Shown here one piece after another: positions 43,290 through 53,112 of a stretch of DNA of 64,000 nt (position 1 is its first letter; the number at the start of each line of letters is the position of its first letter). Below the pieces are notes generated by a model. The model saw only the letters and a list, made by a program, of their open reading frames with translations, was not told the origin of the DNA and did no database searches. The DNA is from an uncultured virus (IMG/VR IMGVR_UViG_3300042308_001786) (Duplodnaviria > Heunggongvirae > Uroviricota > Caudoviricetes), in the IMG/VR virus record IMGVR_UViG_3300042308_001786; one strand, given 5' to 3'. A program made the translations under genes and the position numbers.

Positions 43290-46200
43290 TGGCACGTTAT
43301 ACGATTGATTTTACGACTAATGCCAGCAGAATTATTCGTGAAATTGAAGAGGTCAATAGAAAAGTAGCTCAAGTAGCTCGCACTGGCAAAAGCGTAAAAA
43401 TCACGCTTGATGCTGCTCCTTTACAGGCGGATTTGAATGCAACATTTAGGCAGTTAGATAAGCAGATAGAAAACATGCAACGCAAGCTTTCTCGCTTGCA
43501 AATTGGATCAGGGGCTTTTCGTTCTACTGCTGCTAGTTTGGGTTTTAGAGAAGGCCAAAGAGAGCGCGGTCAGCTTGCTGCTGAGCCATTGCGCCTTCGC
43601 GGGCAAGCGCAATCTTTTGACGAAGCAAGCCTTGTCCGTCTAAACAAAGAGTTGCAAGCAGCTCGAATTGAAGCTTCGCAATTGGCGCCGAATACGGCGC
43701 CTTGGATTGATTTGCAAAGGCAAATTGGACAAATCAATTCCCAGCTCAAAGCGACAGATCGCCTCGCTGAAAGCATTCAAATGCAAGAAAGCCTAGGCGC
43801 ATTTGCGCCTGGCAGTTTAAATGCTCTTGAAGCAAAACTTATTGTATTGCGTAATAGAGCTAGAGAAATTGCTCCTGATACTACAGAGTGGAAGCAGCTT
43901 AATAAGGAGATTGTCAGTGTAGAAGGAGGCATTGAAAAACAAACTCGTCGCCCTCTTACTGGTGGACAACGCCTAGGAGCCGCTGGTGGTGCTTTCTTAT
44001 ATGGCGGAGGTTTAGGAGGCGGCGTTGGCAGTGCCGTTGGCGGCATTGCTGGCGGTTTAATGGGAGGCGTTCCTGGAGCATTTGCAGGCGCTGCTTTTGG
44101 TCAGCTAGCAGATAATCTTGGCACAATGGCTGCAGGCGTAACAAACACCGCTGCGACCATTCAACAATTGCAACGTGGACTCGCTCTCGCTTCCATTGAC
44201 GCTGCCGATTTTGCTGAGGCGCAAAAAGCAATCGCAGAAAGTAGTAATACCCTCGTGGTCCCCATTGAACGGGTGTATCGTCAATTCACTCAATTGAGGG
44301 TTAATACCAAACAGTACGGACTAAGTGTTCAAGAAACTCAGCAAATTTTAGAAGGTGTTGTATTGGCCGTATCTTCCGTTGGTGGCTCCATGGAAGATGT
44401 TGATGGTGCCATGCGAGCAGTGGTGCAAATCTTCAGCAAGGGCAGCGTACAAGCAGAAGAGCTTCGCGGTCAATTAGGAGAAAGATTCCCTGGGGCCGTG
44501 GTTAAGTTTGCGCAAGCAAACAAAATGAGCTTTGATGAGCTGCAAGGCGCACTTGAGCAAGGCAAGGTAACAGTTGGCGATTTTGTTGATTTCGCTAAAA
44601 AGAATTACGAAGACTATGCAAAGTTTTCAGAGAGATTAGCGACTGGTCCTGAATTTGCTGGGCGTCGCCTTGAGAAGGCGATGAATGACATGCAGATTGC
44701 TATTGGATCTGCGTTAGGGCCAGCGGGCGCAGTATTTCAAGATTTCTTTGCTGAAACGATTTCTGGTTTTAGCAACTGGGCGAATCAAAACAAAGAATTT
44801 ATTGCGCAGTATCTTAGAGACTGGGCCGTTCTGGCAACGGATTTTGCCAGAATTGTTGGAAGTATTTTGAAAGTTGCTGTGCAAGTTAGCACAGCAATTA
44901 CAAGGGCATTCAGTGGCGCTATTAGGGAGATAAGGCGTTTGCTTGGCATGGTTGGAGTGGCTGAGATAAAGGCTGAGCTTGACAAAGTAAATGCTCAAAT
45001 TGCTGCTGGTCAAACTGGAGGAAGAAGGAGAGGTGCCGCGCAGAGCCCACTAGAGACGAGGCGTCAGCAGCTTCAGGCTCAATTTGCTGCTGCTGGTGGC
45101 CAAGCTGCTCTTGACGCCGCTTCCGCTCCTGGCGGAAAGGATTTTACTTTTGGCGGGCCAGGGGCAGGCATGAGCTTAGATGCCGCTGGAGGCAAAGGAA
45201 AAAAAGCGAAGAAGGCAAAAGAGCTTAAGGATTTCGCGGAAGACGAAACAAAAGTGCTTAGGGAGCGCCTTGCTCTCCAGAAAACACTTGTAGACGCACA
45301 GTCAGATCTTACTTCCTCTCAGAAAGAACTAGCAAAAGCAGAGTTAGACTATGAATATGGCCTCGACATTGTTGAGGCTCAGTATCAAGCCGCAATTAAA
45401 ACACTAGGGGAGTACAAGGAGGCTCAGCGTGGCACTGCTCAAGCCTCAATGCAAAATGCTGCTGTATTGGCGAGAGAAAATGTCACAGCAGAATACCGAA
45501 AAGCCCTACTAGGAGATCTTATCGGACGATCTGATACCTTTGAAAACAAAACCAATGAATTAAAAGATAGCATCGCCGCTTTAACGGTGGGGCAAGAAAA
45601 TCTTTCCGAGTCAGAAAAAATTGAGGCGCAAATTAAACGCGAAACGACAGGACTCACAGAAAAACAGTTAAAAATTGTTGGTCCCTACATTGAAAAACTT
45701 AGGCAACAGGCACAAGCTGTTCAGGTTTTATCAGAGGAAGAAGCGCGACTAAAAGAAAACCTAGAGAAAACGAAAAATCTTAGAGAAGCGCAAACTGGAC
45801 TTGGTTTAATTGGAGGGGGCTTGCAAGCTGGCTTCACAGGAGAAGCTTCCAGCGTGTTTGAACAAGCAATGGCACGATATGGAGACAGAGACTATGCCAC
45901 TCAGCTTGCTAACGTTGAAACGACAGCAATGCAGCTTCGTAGTGTTTTTGAAGGGCTACAAGGTGCCATTCAAGGAGTTAGTTCTGCTTTTGCTAATGTT
46001 TTGACTGAAGGCATAGTAAATATGATTAGCGGCACTGCCACCGCAAAAGAAGTGTTTGCCAATTTCTTACAAAGTGTTGGTCAATCATTGTCTCAAGCTG
46101 CTTCACAAATGATCTCCACTTATATCGCCATTGGCATTGCAAAAATGTTTGCGGGACTCGGAGGAGGCGGTGGAGCAGACATGTCAAAATTTGGCATTAC

Positions 46201-46669
46201 AGAAGGCACTCTTGCTCCTATGCGGCAATATACAGATGCGGCTGGGAATATGGCCCCGAATTTTGCAGGTTTTGCAAATGGTGGCATTGCTTCTGGCGGT
46301 TTCCGTGCCTTCGCTAATGGTGGCGTTGTCTCTGGTCCCACTCTCGGTCTTGTAGGCGAAGGCAAGTACAACGAAGCCATTGTTCCTCTTCCCGATGGCA
46401 AGAGCATTCCCGTGCAAATGCGTGGTCAGTCTTCTCGTGACTTGCTCTCAGACAACGCCCGTCAACAATCTTCTTCTCCTGTGCTCTCCATGAGCTTCCA
46501 AACCACTAAATTTGGCGACAGGGAATACGTGGATGTGGCACAGCTACAAGCGGCAATGGCTGAAACCCGTAAAATGGCTGCTCGTGACGGTGCCAATCGT
46601 GGGGCTTCGCTAGCCTTAGACAAGCTTCAGAATTCTCCTTCTGCTCGTCGTAAAGTGGGCATGCGTTAA
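43289..46669 (+). CDS. tape measure protein
   Basis: 1126 aa helical; QIFSKGSVQAEELRGQLGER tape-measure domain; FANGG C-terminal repeats. Confidence 0.92.
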   Translation: MARYTIDFTTNASRIIREIEEVNRKVAQVARTGKSVKITLDAAPLQADLNATFRQLDKQIENMQRKLSRLQIGSGAFRSTAASLGFREGQRERGQLAAEPLRLRGQAQSFDEASLVRLNKELQAARIEASQLAPNTAPWIDLQRQIGQINSQLKATDRLAESIQMQESLGAFAPGSLNALEAKLIVLRNRAREIAPDTTEWKQLNKEIVSVEGGIEKQTRRPLTGGQRLGAAGGAFLYGGGLGGGVGSAVGGIAGGLMGGVPGAFAGAAFGQLADNLGTMAAGVTNTAATIQQLQRGLALASIDAADFAEAQKAIAESSNTLVVPIERVYRQFTQLRVNTKQYGLSVQETQQILEGVVLAVSSVGGSMEDVDGAMRAVVQIFSKGSVQAEELRGQLGERFPGAVVKFAQANKMSFDELQGALEQGKVTVGDFVDFAKKNYEDYAKFSERLATGPEFAGRRLEKAMNDMQIAIGSALGPAGAVFQDFFAETISGFSNWANQNKEFIAQYLRDWAVLATDFARIVGSILKVAVQVSTAITRAFSGAIREIRRLLGMVGVAEIKAELDKVNAQIAAGQTGGRRRGAAQSPLETRRQQLQAQFAAAGGQAALDAASAPGGKDFTFGGPGAGMSLDAAGGKGKKAKKAKELKDFAEDETKVLRERLALQKTLVDAQSDLTSSQKELAKAELDYEYGLDIVEAQYQAAIKTLGEYKEAQRGTAQASMQNAAVLARENVTAEYRKALLGDLIGRSDTFENKTNELKDSIAALTVGQENLSESEKIEAQIKRETTGLTEKQLKIVGPYIEKLRQQAQAVQVLSEEEARLKENLEKTKNLREAQTGLGLIGGGLQAGFTGEASSVFEQAMARYGDRDYATQLANVETTAMQLRSVFEGLQGAIQGVSSAFANVLTEGIVNMISGTATAKEVFANFLQSVGQSLSQAASQMISTYIAIGIAKMFAGLGGGGGADMSKFGITEGTLAPMRQYTDAAGNMAPNFAGFANGGIASGGFRAFANGGVVSGPTLGLVGEGKYNEAIVPLPDGKSIPVQMRGQSSRDLLSDNARQQSSSPVLSMSFQTTKFGDREYVDVAQLQAAMAETRKMAARDGANRGASLALDKLQNSPSARRKVGMR

Positions 46670-46671
46670 TC

Positions 46672-47106
46672 ATGGCAGACTTTCCTTCTAACGTTTCTCC
46701 CGCCCGCAAAGTGGATGACATCAAGGCGAATGATGCCATTCGCCCCACGTCTCGTCGTTTTACGATGGGCGTCTATCCAGTGAAAGCTTATACAAGCTTG
46801 TCTGGTAAAACTGTTCGCAGAAGTTTTGGCAATAAAGCATCGGGCTATACGCTTGAACTAACGTTCGAAAACGTAGATGAAGGAGTGCTTAATACTATTT
46901 TTGATCACTACCATGGTCAATATGGCTCCACCGAAGGATTTCGCATACCAAGGGAATTGTTTTCTGGCTACAAAAAAGATGCAACGTTCGATAACTTTCG
47001 CACTATTCCCAATGTGCAATGGTTTTATGCTGATTCCCCACAAGTAGAAAGCACAGTGTTAGCACTAAGCACTATTTCCATTACTTTCATTGGAGACTTG
47101 GTATGA
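46672..47106 (+). CDS. distal tail protein
   Basis: Follows the TMP; LELTFEN..DHY..Q.G. Confidence 0.65.
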   Translation: MADFPSNVSPARKVDDIKANDAIRPTSRRFTMGVYPVKAYTSLSGKTVRRSFGNKASGYTLELTFENVDEGVLNTIFDHYHGQYGSTEGFRIPRELFSGYKKDATFDNFRTIPNVQWFYADSPQVESTVLALSTISITFIGDLV

Positions 47107-47591
47107 CGACCATTCGCGCGGCTCAATTTTTTGAGCTAATCATGTACGACAGTAATGGAAACAAGACTAGTACAAATTACTATCAAAACTATTTTATTGG
47201 TGAAACAAAGCAGGTTCCAGGAAGTAATGTAAGGTATACTTTTGCTCCATTTCGCATTGAAGGAACTGTAGCCAATATTGGCGGAGACAATGCAATGATG
47301 CAGCTTTTGCTGCCAAATGATGCATTTGCTATGCGTATTGTGGAACAAGGTAATGGAAACAGGCTCAGTCGTCTCACCTTGACCACTTACTGGCTCAATG
47401 CCATTAATGCATTCACAGGCGCATCATATAGAGAGCAGTATATTGGCATTGGCTCTGCCTTTTCGGACACTACCATTGAACTGCGATTTAGAAGCTCAAT
47501 GGATAGCGTGGGAGGACAGTTTCCTCGTGCTACATTCTCCCGCAGCTTGGTTGGACCATTGCCGACAAGTGCAGAAATTTCACTGCGATGA
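47103..47591 (+). CDS. minor tail protein (lambda L-like)
   Basis: Position; Y.FAPF, S.MDSVGGQFP. Confidence 0.6.
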   Translation: MTTIRAAQFFELIMYDSNGNKTSTNYYQNYFIGETKQVPGSNVRYTFAPFRIEGTVANIGGDNAMMQLLLPNDAFAMRIVEQGNGNRLSRLTLTTYWLNAINAFTGASYREQYIGIGSAFSDTTIELRFRSSMDSVGGQFPRATFSRSLVGPLPTSAEISLR

Positions 47592-47992
47592 GCTTTGTTT
47601 GTTTCAATGATTTAATTGGTCTTCCGTATCAATGGGGGAAGAAGCCCAATGAAGGGGCCACTGATTGTTTACAGCTAATGAGCGAAGCAAGAAGAAGGCT
47701 TGGTCTTTATGACTATTCGCAAGATTTCGAATGGATATATGAGAAATGGGAGGAAGAGAAATTTCCTGGTGCAATGATTGCAAGATGGATGAAAGAAAAT
47801 GCAGATCAGTGCGATGCTCGCATTGGGGCAATGGGCTATTTATGTGGCAACACTGGAGGACTGGCCTTGGGCACAGTTGTTGATGATGATGGTTTTCTTT
47901 TCATCTCAGCAGGGGAGAAAGTTGTAAGGGCGAAGTTGTATAATTTGCCTAGAATACGTCTTTATTGGGGCAAGAAGGATGGCGGGGAATAG
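47588..47992 (+). CDS. NlpC/P60-like tail assembly protein
   Basis: DLIGLPYQWG...TDCLQL. Confidence 0.75.
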   Translation: MSFVCFNDLIGLPYQWGKKPNEGATDCLQLMSEARRRLGLYDYSQDFEWIYEKWEEEKFPGAMIARWMKENADQCDARIGAMGYLCGNTGGLALGTVVDDDGFLFISAGEKVVRAKLYNLPRIRLYWGKKDGGE

Positions 47993-50900
47993 TTCTAATG
48001 ATCGCCCGCTGCTTCCTTATGAACATGGTTTAATTGAAGCTCTTGGCGTAACGAAGCAAGAATATCTGGATTTTGTTTGTGCGAAGCAAGAATATATTGA
48101 TGCGAAACAAGGCACTGTTTTTGACATTAGGAATGAGCCTGCTGGCACCATTGCTTTAGTCCTTACAATTATCGGCACTATCTTGCAAGTGGCAGCAGCA
48201 TTGCTTGCTCCACAGCCAGAACAGCCGAGAGGACAGGGACGTAACACTAGAGAGCAGCGTGCAGTGCCGCGTTTTGGCTTCAATGGTGTTCAAGAAGTGT
48301 CTCGCTATGGAGAACCAGTGGGACTTGTCTACACCAACACGGATCAAAATCGTAATGGTGGCGTCAGGCTTTCCACTTTGCTTTTGTGGAGCGCCGTATT
48401 GAGCTATGGCGGCTCACAATTCATGCAGCTCATGCTTTCCATTGGGGCGTCCACTGTTGAAGAGATCAAGCCTGAGCGCACTGCAGTGGGTCAGCTTCCT
48501 TTTGATCAAGTGGTAAGGAGCAAGGCATGGCTGTACTTTAGTGATAATGGCCCCACTACTTACCAGGATTTCACTCCCATTGGAGACATTTCTGTCAATG
48601 CCTTCAAAGAAGATCCTACGTGGTATGGCAACTCTGCAAATGTTACAACTGCTGCATTGTCCCATGCTAAGGCTAACAAGAAAGGCTTTAGCCAATCTTA
48701 TGCTCCAACCACTAGCAACACTTGCAGCATCACTGGCATTGTTCCCATTCGCCCAAAAGCAATTGAACTAAAAGGCAATGGAGGACGAGATCCCAGTGAT
48801 TTTGTTCCCATTTCAATTAGTGGCACTCAAGGATATTGGGAGGGCACAAATAATCGACCAAATTTTCCAAAGGATGGAGAAATTGTTGTCACCATTGCTA
48901 GTACTACTAGCAACAGCTTAAAAGGGGCAGACGGTCGCGAAGCCATTGAAAGCATTTTGAGGAACGCAGCGGCAGTATTTGATGATGGGTCTTTGTATAA
49001 ACTTGGCGGGGCTATTTTTAGGGCAAAGAAAGTAGCTTACACAGACGATGGGCGCGGAGAAATTGAATTTAGTTCTCTTAAGGCCACGTTAGTTTGTGAA
49101 ACGTCAGGGCCGATGCCAAGCATTGGTTACAACGAAGCGTGGAATGGCGAGGACGAAGGGCAAGACAGGGTGAAGTATCAGGAGCAGATTTCAGAGAAAG
49201 AGCAGACTATTGTCCTTCTAAATCAGCAAATAGCAGATATTGAGGAAGATCTAGAAGTAAGCTTTTTTTATGATCAGAAGCAAAAGAAGCAATTAAGAGA
49301 AAAGCGTAATTCGCTGCGTAAGAAGACAGTGACTCTCCAGAAGGAGATAGACGCATTGGAGCAATTAATAGAGAATAGTCCCATCTTGTACAGCAGTGTC
49401 CTAGAACGCAATGGCACAAAATGTTTGGCCCGAATTGATCAGGCCGCTTATTCTTCAGTGACAAAATGCGAAGCAATTGAGCTTTCGCTAAAGCTTCAGC
49501 TCTTCAGGCAGGTCAATGGTCGCCAAAGGAAATATGGCACTGACGAAGACGACTATGGTTACAAGAATGGAGAGAATGGTCAACAACCTCGCACTGCAAT
49601 GTTCACTTGTGAATATGCATTAGACAACGATCAATACAAGACCATTCCTTATGTGTTTTGCATTAGAGGATCTGTTCAGCAAGATATTTTCACTTATTTC
49701 CGCTTTATTAAGCAAGGGGGTGGTACGGCTGAGTGGAAGATTCGCTTAACTCCCGTGACGGATCCAGAGGCGGAAGCTGGTTGTAGAGGAATTAACTTCG
49801 TTGGCTACGCTTACGTTAACGCCAACAGCAGAAAGCGTCAACTAAACAGCAGCAATGCTCCTGGTGTAAATGATATTGTCGTTGAATTTAATGGCTTTAT
49901 CACCACTCCATTTAGTGCATGGCCTCCATTGAATAAAGGGCCTAAGGAGTCGATGGAATGGGAGCTGTTTAATTACGACGTGCGCACGCAAACAAGGTAT
50001 TCCTATGAGCAAGCGCCAGAACTTACAATTGCTGCAGTTAATGAGCAATTGAAAGACAATTGGAGCGATTACAACGCATCACTGTATCGAGGCTTGTCTA
50101 CGCTGGCAGTGCATGCTTTTGCAGGACGTGGATTTCAAGATTTGCGGGACGTAACAGTATGGGTGGAAAAGGGCAAGAAGGTAAGAGCGCTTTCTGGCAA
50201 TGCTAATAGTTATGCTTCTGCTGCTCAAGTGGATGCTTTTGTTGCATCGCCCAAGGCTAGATCGTCTAGCTATGCACCAGAAATCTTCATTGATACTGTT
50301 TTAGACAAAGACAATGGCATTGGTCAATATGCTCGCATTGAATCCATCAACATGCCACGTCTTGCAGAAGCCCAAGCTTTTTGTCAGCGCAATAAGCTCT
50401 TCATGGACGGAGCAATTATTGACCCTCAATCATGGCGTGAATTCTGGGCGCAAGCTTCTGCATTTAGCTTGTTAGAGCTTGCCACGATTGGAGGGCAAAC
50501 CACTCTTGTGCCTTCTGTACCAGCCGATGGAAATGGAAGAATTTTATCAGACAGACCACTCCCTATTTCTACATTGTTCAACCAGGGCAATATTCTTGAA
50601 GGATCTTATAAGGAAGAATTCGTGGATTACGGAGCATCCACGCAAGATGTGATTGTCACGGCTATTTACAGGGATTCAGAAAGCGATGAATATTTTCCTC
50701 GCAATGAAAGCGTGACATTGAGACTCAAGAGCGCGAACGAAGCATTGTGTATTCGTGAAACTCTCGACTTGTCTCAATTTGTTACCACGCGAAATCAGGC
50801 CGTGTATGTGGCAAGGCTTATGTGTCTCATGCGTAATTTATCGAGAAAAGCGTATGAGCTACAAACACTGCCTTCCGAAGCTTCCATTGCTCCTGGCTCT

Positions 50901-51305
50901 TATGTGTATATTGACATTGGGCAGGAAACGTGGGACGATTTGCATACTGGCAGCATTTTAGCTGGAGGAGAACTTAATCTTCCCATTGGTGGAGAGCTTC
51001 CAGAGAAAGCTGGTGGTAGTCTTTATGACTTCTTTCTTTATAACGGCAAGCAGAATACATTCAATAAGCAGAATGTGCTTGTTCGCAATGGCATTGCTGA
51101 TTCATTGGCTAAGTATGAAGGCTATTTGTTTGCAGTGGGAAGAAAGTCTTCTAAGCTTTCAAAGCGTTCAGCAAGAGTGATTGATGTGGAAATGAACGAA
51201 GAGGGAATTGTCACTGTAAAAGCAGTAGAGCATCCTACTGACAACAATGGCATTTCTCTCATTGCAAAACGCATTGGAGACGCAAGTCAATTCGTTGAAG
51301 AGTGA
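47979..51305 (+). CDS. tail tip/central tail protein (J-like)
   Basis: 1108 aa; LLPYE..LIEALG and PRFGF..QE...YG motifs of cyanosiphovirus tail tip proteins. Confidence 0.75.
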   Translation: MAGNSSNDRPLLPYEHGLIEALGVTKQEYLDFVCAKQEYIDAKQGTVFDIRNEPAGTIALVLTIIGTILQVAAALLAPQPEQPRGQGRNTREQRAVPRFGFNGVQEVSRYGEPVGLVYTNTDQNRNGGVRLSTLLLWSAVLSYGGSQFMQLMLSIGASTVEEIKPERTAVGQLPFDQVVRSKAWLYFSDNGPTTYQDFTPIGDISVNAFKEDPTWYGNSANVTTAALSHAKANKKGFSQSYAPTTSNTCSITGIVPIRPKAIELKGNGGRDPSDFVPISISGTQGYWEGTNNRPNFPKDGEIVVTIASTTSNSLKGADGREAIESILRNAAAVFDDGSLYKLGGAIFRAKKVAYTDDGRGEIEFSSLKATLVCETSGPMPSIGYNEAWNGEDEGQDRVKYQEQISEKEQTIVLLNQQIADIEEDLEVSFFYDQKQKKQLREKRNSLRKKTVTLQKEIDALEQLIENSPILYSSVLERNGTKCLARIDQAAYSSVTKCEAIELSLKLQLFRQVNGRQRKYGTDEDDYGYKNGENGQQPRTAMFTCEYALDNDQYKTIPYVFCIRGSVQQDIFTYFRFIKQGGGTAEWKIRLTPVTDPEAEAGCRGINFVGYAYVNANSRKRQLNSSNAPGVNDIVVEFNGFITTPFSAWPPLNKGPKESMEWELFNYDVRTQTRYSYEQAPELTIAAVNEQLKDNWSDYNASLYRGLSTLAVHAFAGRGFQDLRDVTVWVEKGKKVRALSGNANSYASAAQVDAFVASPKARSSSYAPEIFIDTVLDKDNGIGQYARIESINMPRLAEAQAFCQRNKLFMDGAIIDPQSWREFWAQASAFSLLELATIGGQTTLVPSVPADGNGRILSDRPLPISTLFNQGNILEGSYKEEFVDYGASTQDVIVTAIYRDSESDEYFPRNESVTLRLKSANEALCIRETLDLSQFVTTRNQAVYVARLMCLMRNLSRKAYELQTLPSEASIAPGSYVYIDIGQETWDDLHTGSILAGGELNLPIGGELPEKAGGSLYDFFLYNGKQNTFNKQNVLVRNGIADSLAKYEGYLFAVGRKSSKLSKRSARVIDVEMNEEGIVTVKAVEHPTDNNGISLIAKRIGDASQFVEE

Positions 51306-51346
51306 TTGTTATGATTAGAATGAGCGTATAAGCTTCTATCTTCGCC

Positions 51347-52162
51347 ATGATTTACACGGGCAATAATGGGCGTATTTATATTGCCCGCAGTCAATCGTCA
51401 GGACTGACTGGTACTTTTACGACTACCATTCCTGCAAATGTTGCAGTGGATCTCAATGGAACATATGGAGTCAGGACTGTTGTTGGCAGCGGAAAAGATG
51501 CAGTAGTTCGTGCTGATCGCACAGTAAACACTACTCAGGGAAGTAGAGGGTGTGTGTTTACAGTTATTAGCGCTGGCAAGAATTATGCCCCTGGCGATGT
51601 TATAAGATTTTATACTATCAATAGCAAAAATGTAATGGTAGACGTTAGTCCGTCTATTACAGTTGACACCACTCAAAATCTTGGCCTCAATAGCGAACGA
51701 GAAGTTCTTAGTGATCAGTATCGCATTGCAAAAATTCGCTCGTGGTCTCTAACTAGCAATAGTGAAGTCATTGAAACGACTGCGCTTGGTGACGTTGTTC
51801 GCACAGTTTCGCCAGGTATGACTTCTGGAGAGGGTAGTGCAACTTTGCTTTTTTACGAAGATGACACGACTCTGGCTGGCTCATCAGCTCAATCAGATAT
51901 CTTTGAGCTTGTAGATCTTTTATTCCCTCGCGGCACTGCACCTCGCGTAGTTTTAAATCTTGCGGTGGATGGAAGTACTAGCGGATCAGCAGGACAAGTT
52001 GGCGGTAATGCGCTATGGAAAACCAATTTCCTTTTCAATGCCTATATTACTAGCGCAAGCGTGGGAGTAAGCTATGGAGAAGTGGTCGCTGTTGACACGA
52101 GCTTTACCATTGACGGAGCGTTCCTTGATACGCCCTGGAAGCCTGACATCACTAAGCTTTGA
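51347..52162 (+). CDS. tail tube-fold structural protein
   Basis: YTGNNG...IRSWSL.....IETTALGD...G.G.ATL. Confidence 0.65.
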   Translation: MIYTGNNGRIYIARSQSSGLTGTFTTTIPANVAVDLNGTYGVRTVVGSGKDAVVRADRTVNTTQGSRGCVFTVISAGKNYAPGDVIRFYTINSKNVMVDVSPSITVDTTQNLGLNSEREVLSDQYRIAKIRSWSLTSNSEVIETTALGDVVRTVSPGMTSGEGSATLLFYEDDTTLAGSSAQSDIFELVDLLFPRGTAPRVVLNLAVDGSTSGSAGQVGGNALWKTNFLFNAYITSASVGVSYGEVVAVDTSFTIDGAFLDTPWKPDITKL

Positions 52163-52177
52163 TTTTGAGGCGATGCA

Positions 52178-53110
52178 ATGACAGTTTTTGCTGGTCATTA
52201 TGGCAGTATTGAATTTAAGCGTGTCGGTGGCGCTCATCAATTTAATCTGCAAATTAACCCAGCAGATATTGTTTACACGCGAAAAAGATTTACTCTTAGC
52301 ACACCACAAGGGCTTGATCTTGATTTTGGCACAATAACCACTGGTGATCGCATTAGGATTAATGGCACCAGCTCAAGAGGGCTTCCTTTCAGGTTTTATA
52401 CAAACGCCGCCAATACCACTTACATTGATGATCCTGGTGCAAGCGTTGGTCCGCTAGAGTTTTTTGCCAATGTGGATGCAATGGGCGCCATCCGCATGTA
52501 CAGGAATTTTGGCGATGCTATTGCCAATCCTGATGCAAGATATTTGGCAGTGCCATTAAACAAGACCGAAGGCGAAGCTCCTTGGCCTGTCACCATTGAT
52601 CTTCTTCCTGGCGCTTATAACACTCTTGGTGAAGTGCAAGGATTTACGATCTCCACTGATCGTGAATCAATTGATACCACTGCACTGGGAGAAAAGTTTA
52701 GAGGATTTTCTGCTAGTGCTATTACAGGCAATGGCAGCGTTGATTGTTTGTTCAGTTTTAAAAATATGGACAACGAGGAAATTCCTCTTGCCCTTGCTGA
52801 ACTCATTCAAAAAGTAGAAGTGGGAAGTCGATTTGAGGGGAAATTTTACATCCTAGAACCAGGCCCTCCTCAACCACCTGGCTATTCTACTTTTGAAGGC
52901 GTATATTATGAGCTGCAAGGCATTTTGTCTAGATCGGCGTTCACAATGAGAGCTGATCAAATTGCAGAATGTAGCTTTGATTTTATTACTGCTGGAGAAT
53001 TTAAATTGCGGTCTGGTGATAGTCCTATCGACTTAACCACTGAAGGTGATGTTAGCATTGGCAATGAATCTACGCTTGAAGAACTAGGCGTACTGCAAGA
53101 GGACGATTAA
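52178..53110 (+). CDS. tail tube-fold structural protein (paralog)
   Basis: FAGHYG...VQGFTI.TDRESIDTTALGE...G.GSVDC. Confidence 0.65.
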   Translation: MTVFAGHYGSIEFKRVGGAHQFNLQINPADIVYTRKRFTLSTPQGLDLDFGTITTGDRIRINGTSSRGLPFRFYTNAANTTYIDDPGASVGPLEFFANVDAMGAIRMYRNFGDAIANPDARYLAVPLNKTEGEAPWPVTIDLLPGAYNTLGEVQGFTISTDRESIDTTALGEKFRGFSASAITGNGSVDCLFSFKNMDNEEIPLALAELIQKVEVGSRFEGKFYILEPGPPQPPGYSTFEGVYYELQGILSRSAFTMRADQIAECSFDFITAGEFKLRSGDSPIDLTTEGDVSIGNESTLEELGVLQEDD

Positions 53111-53112
53111 CA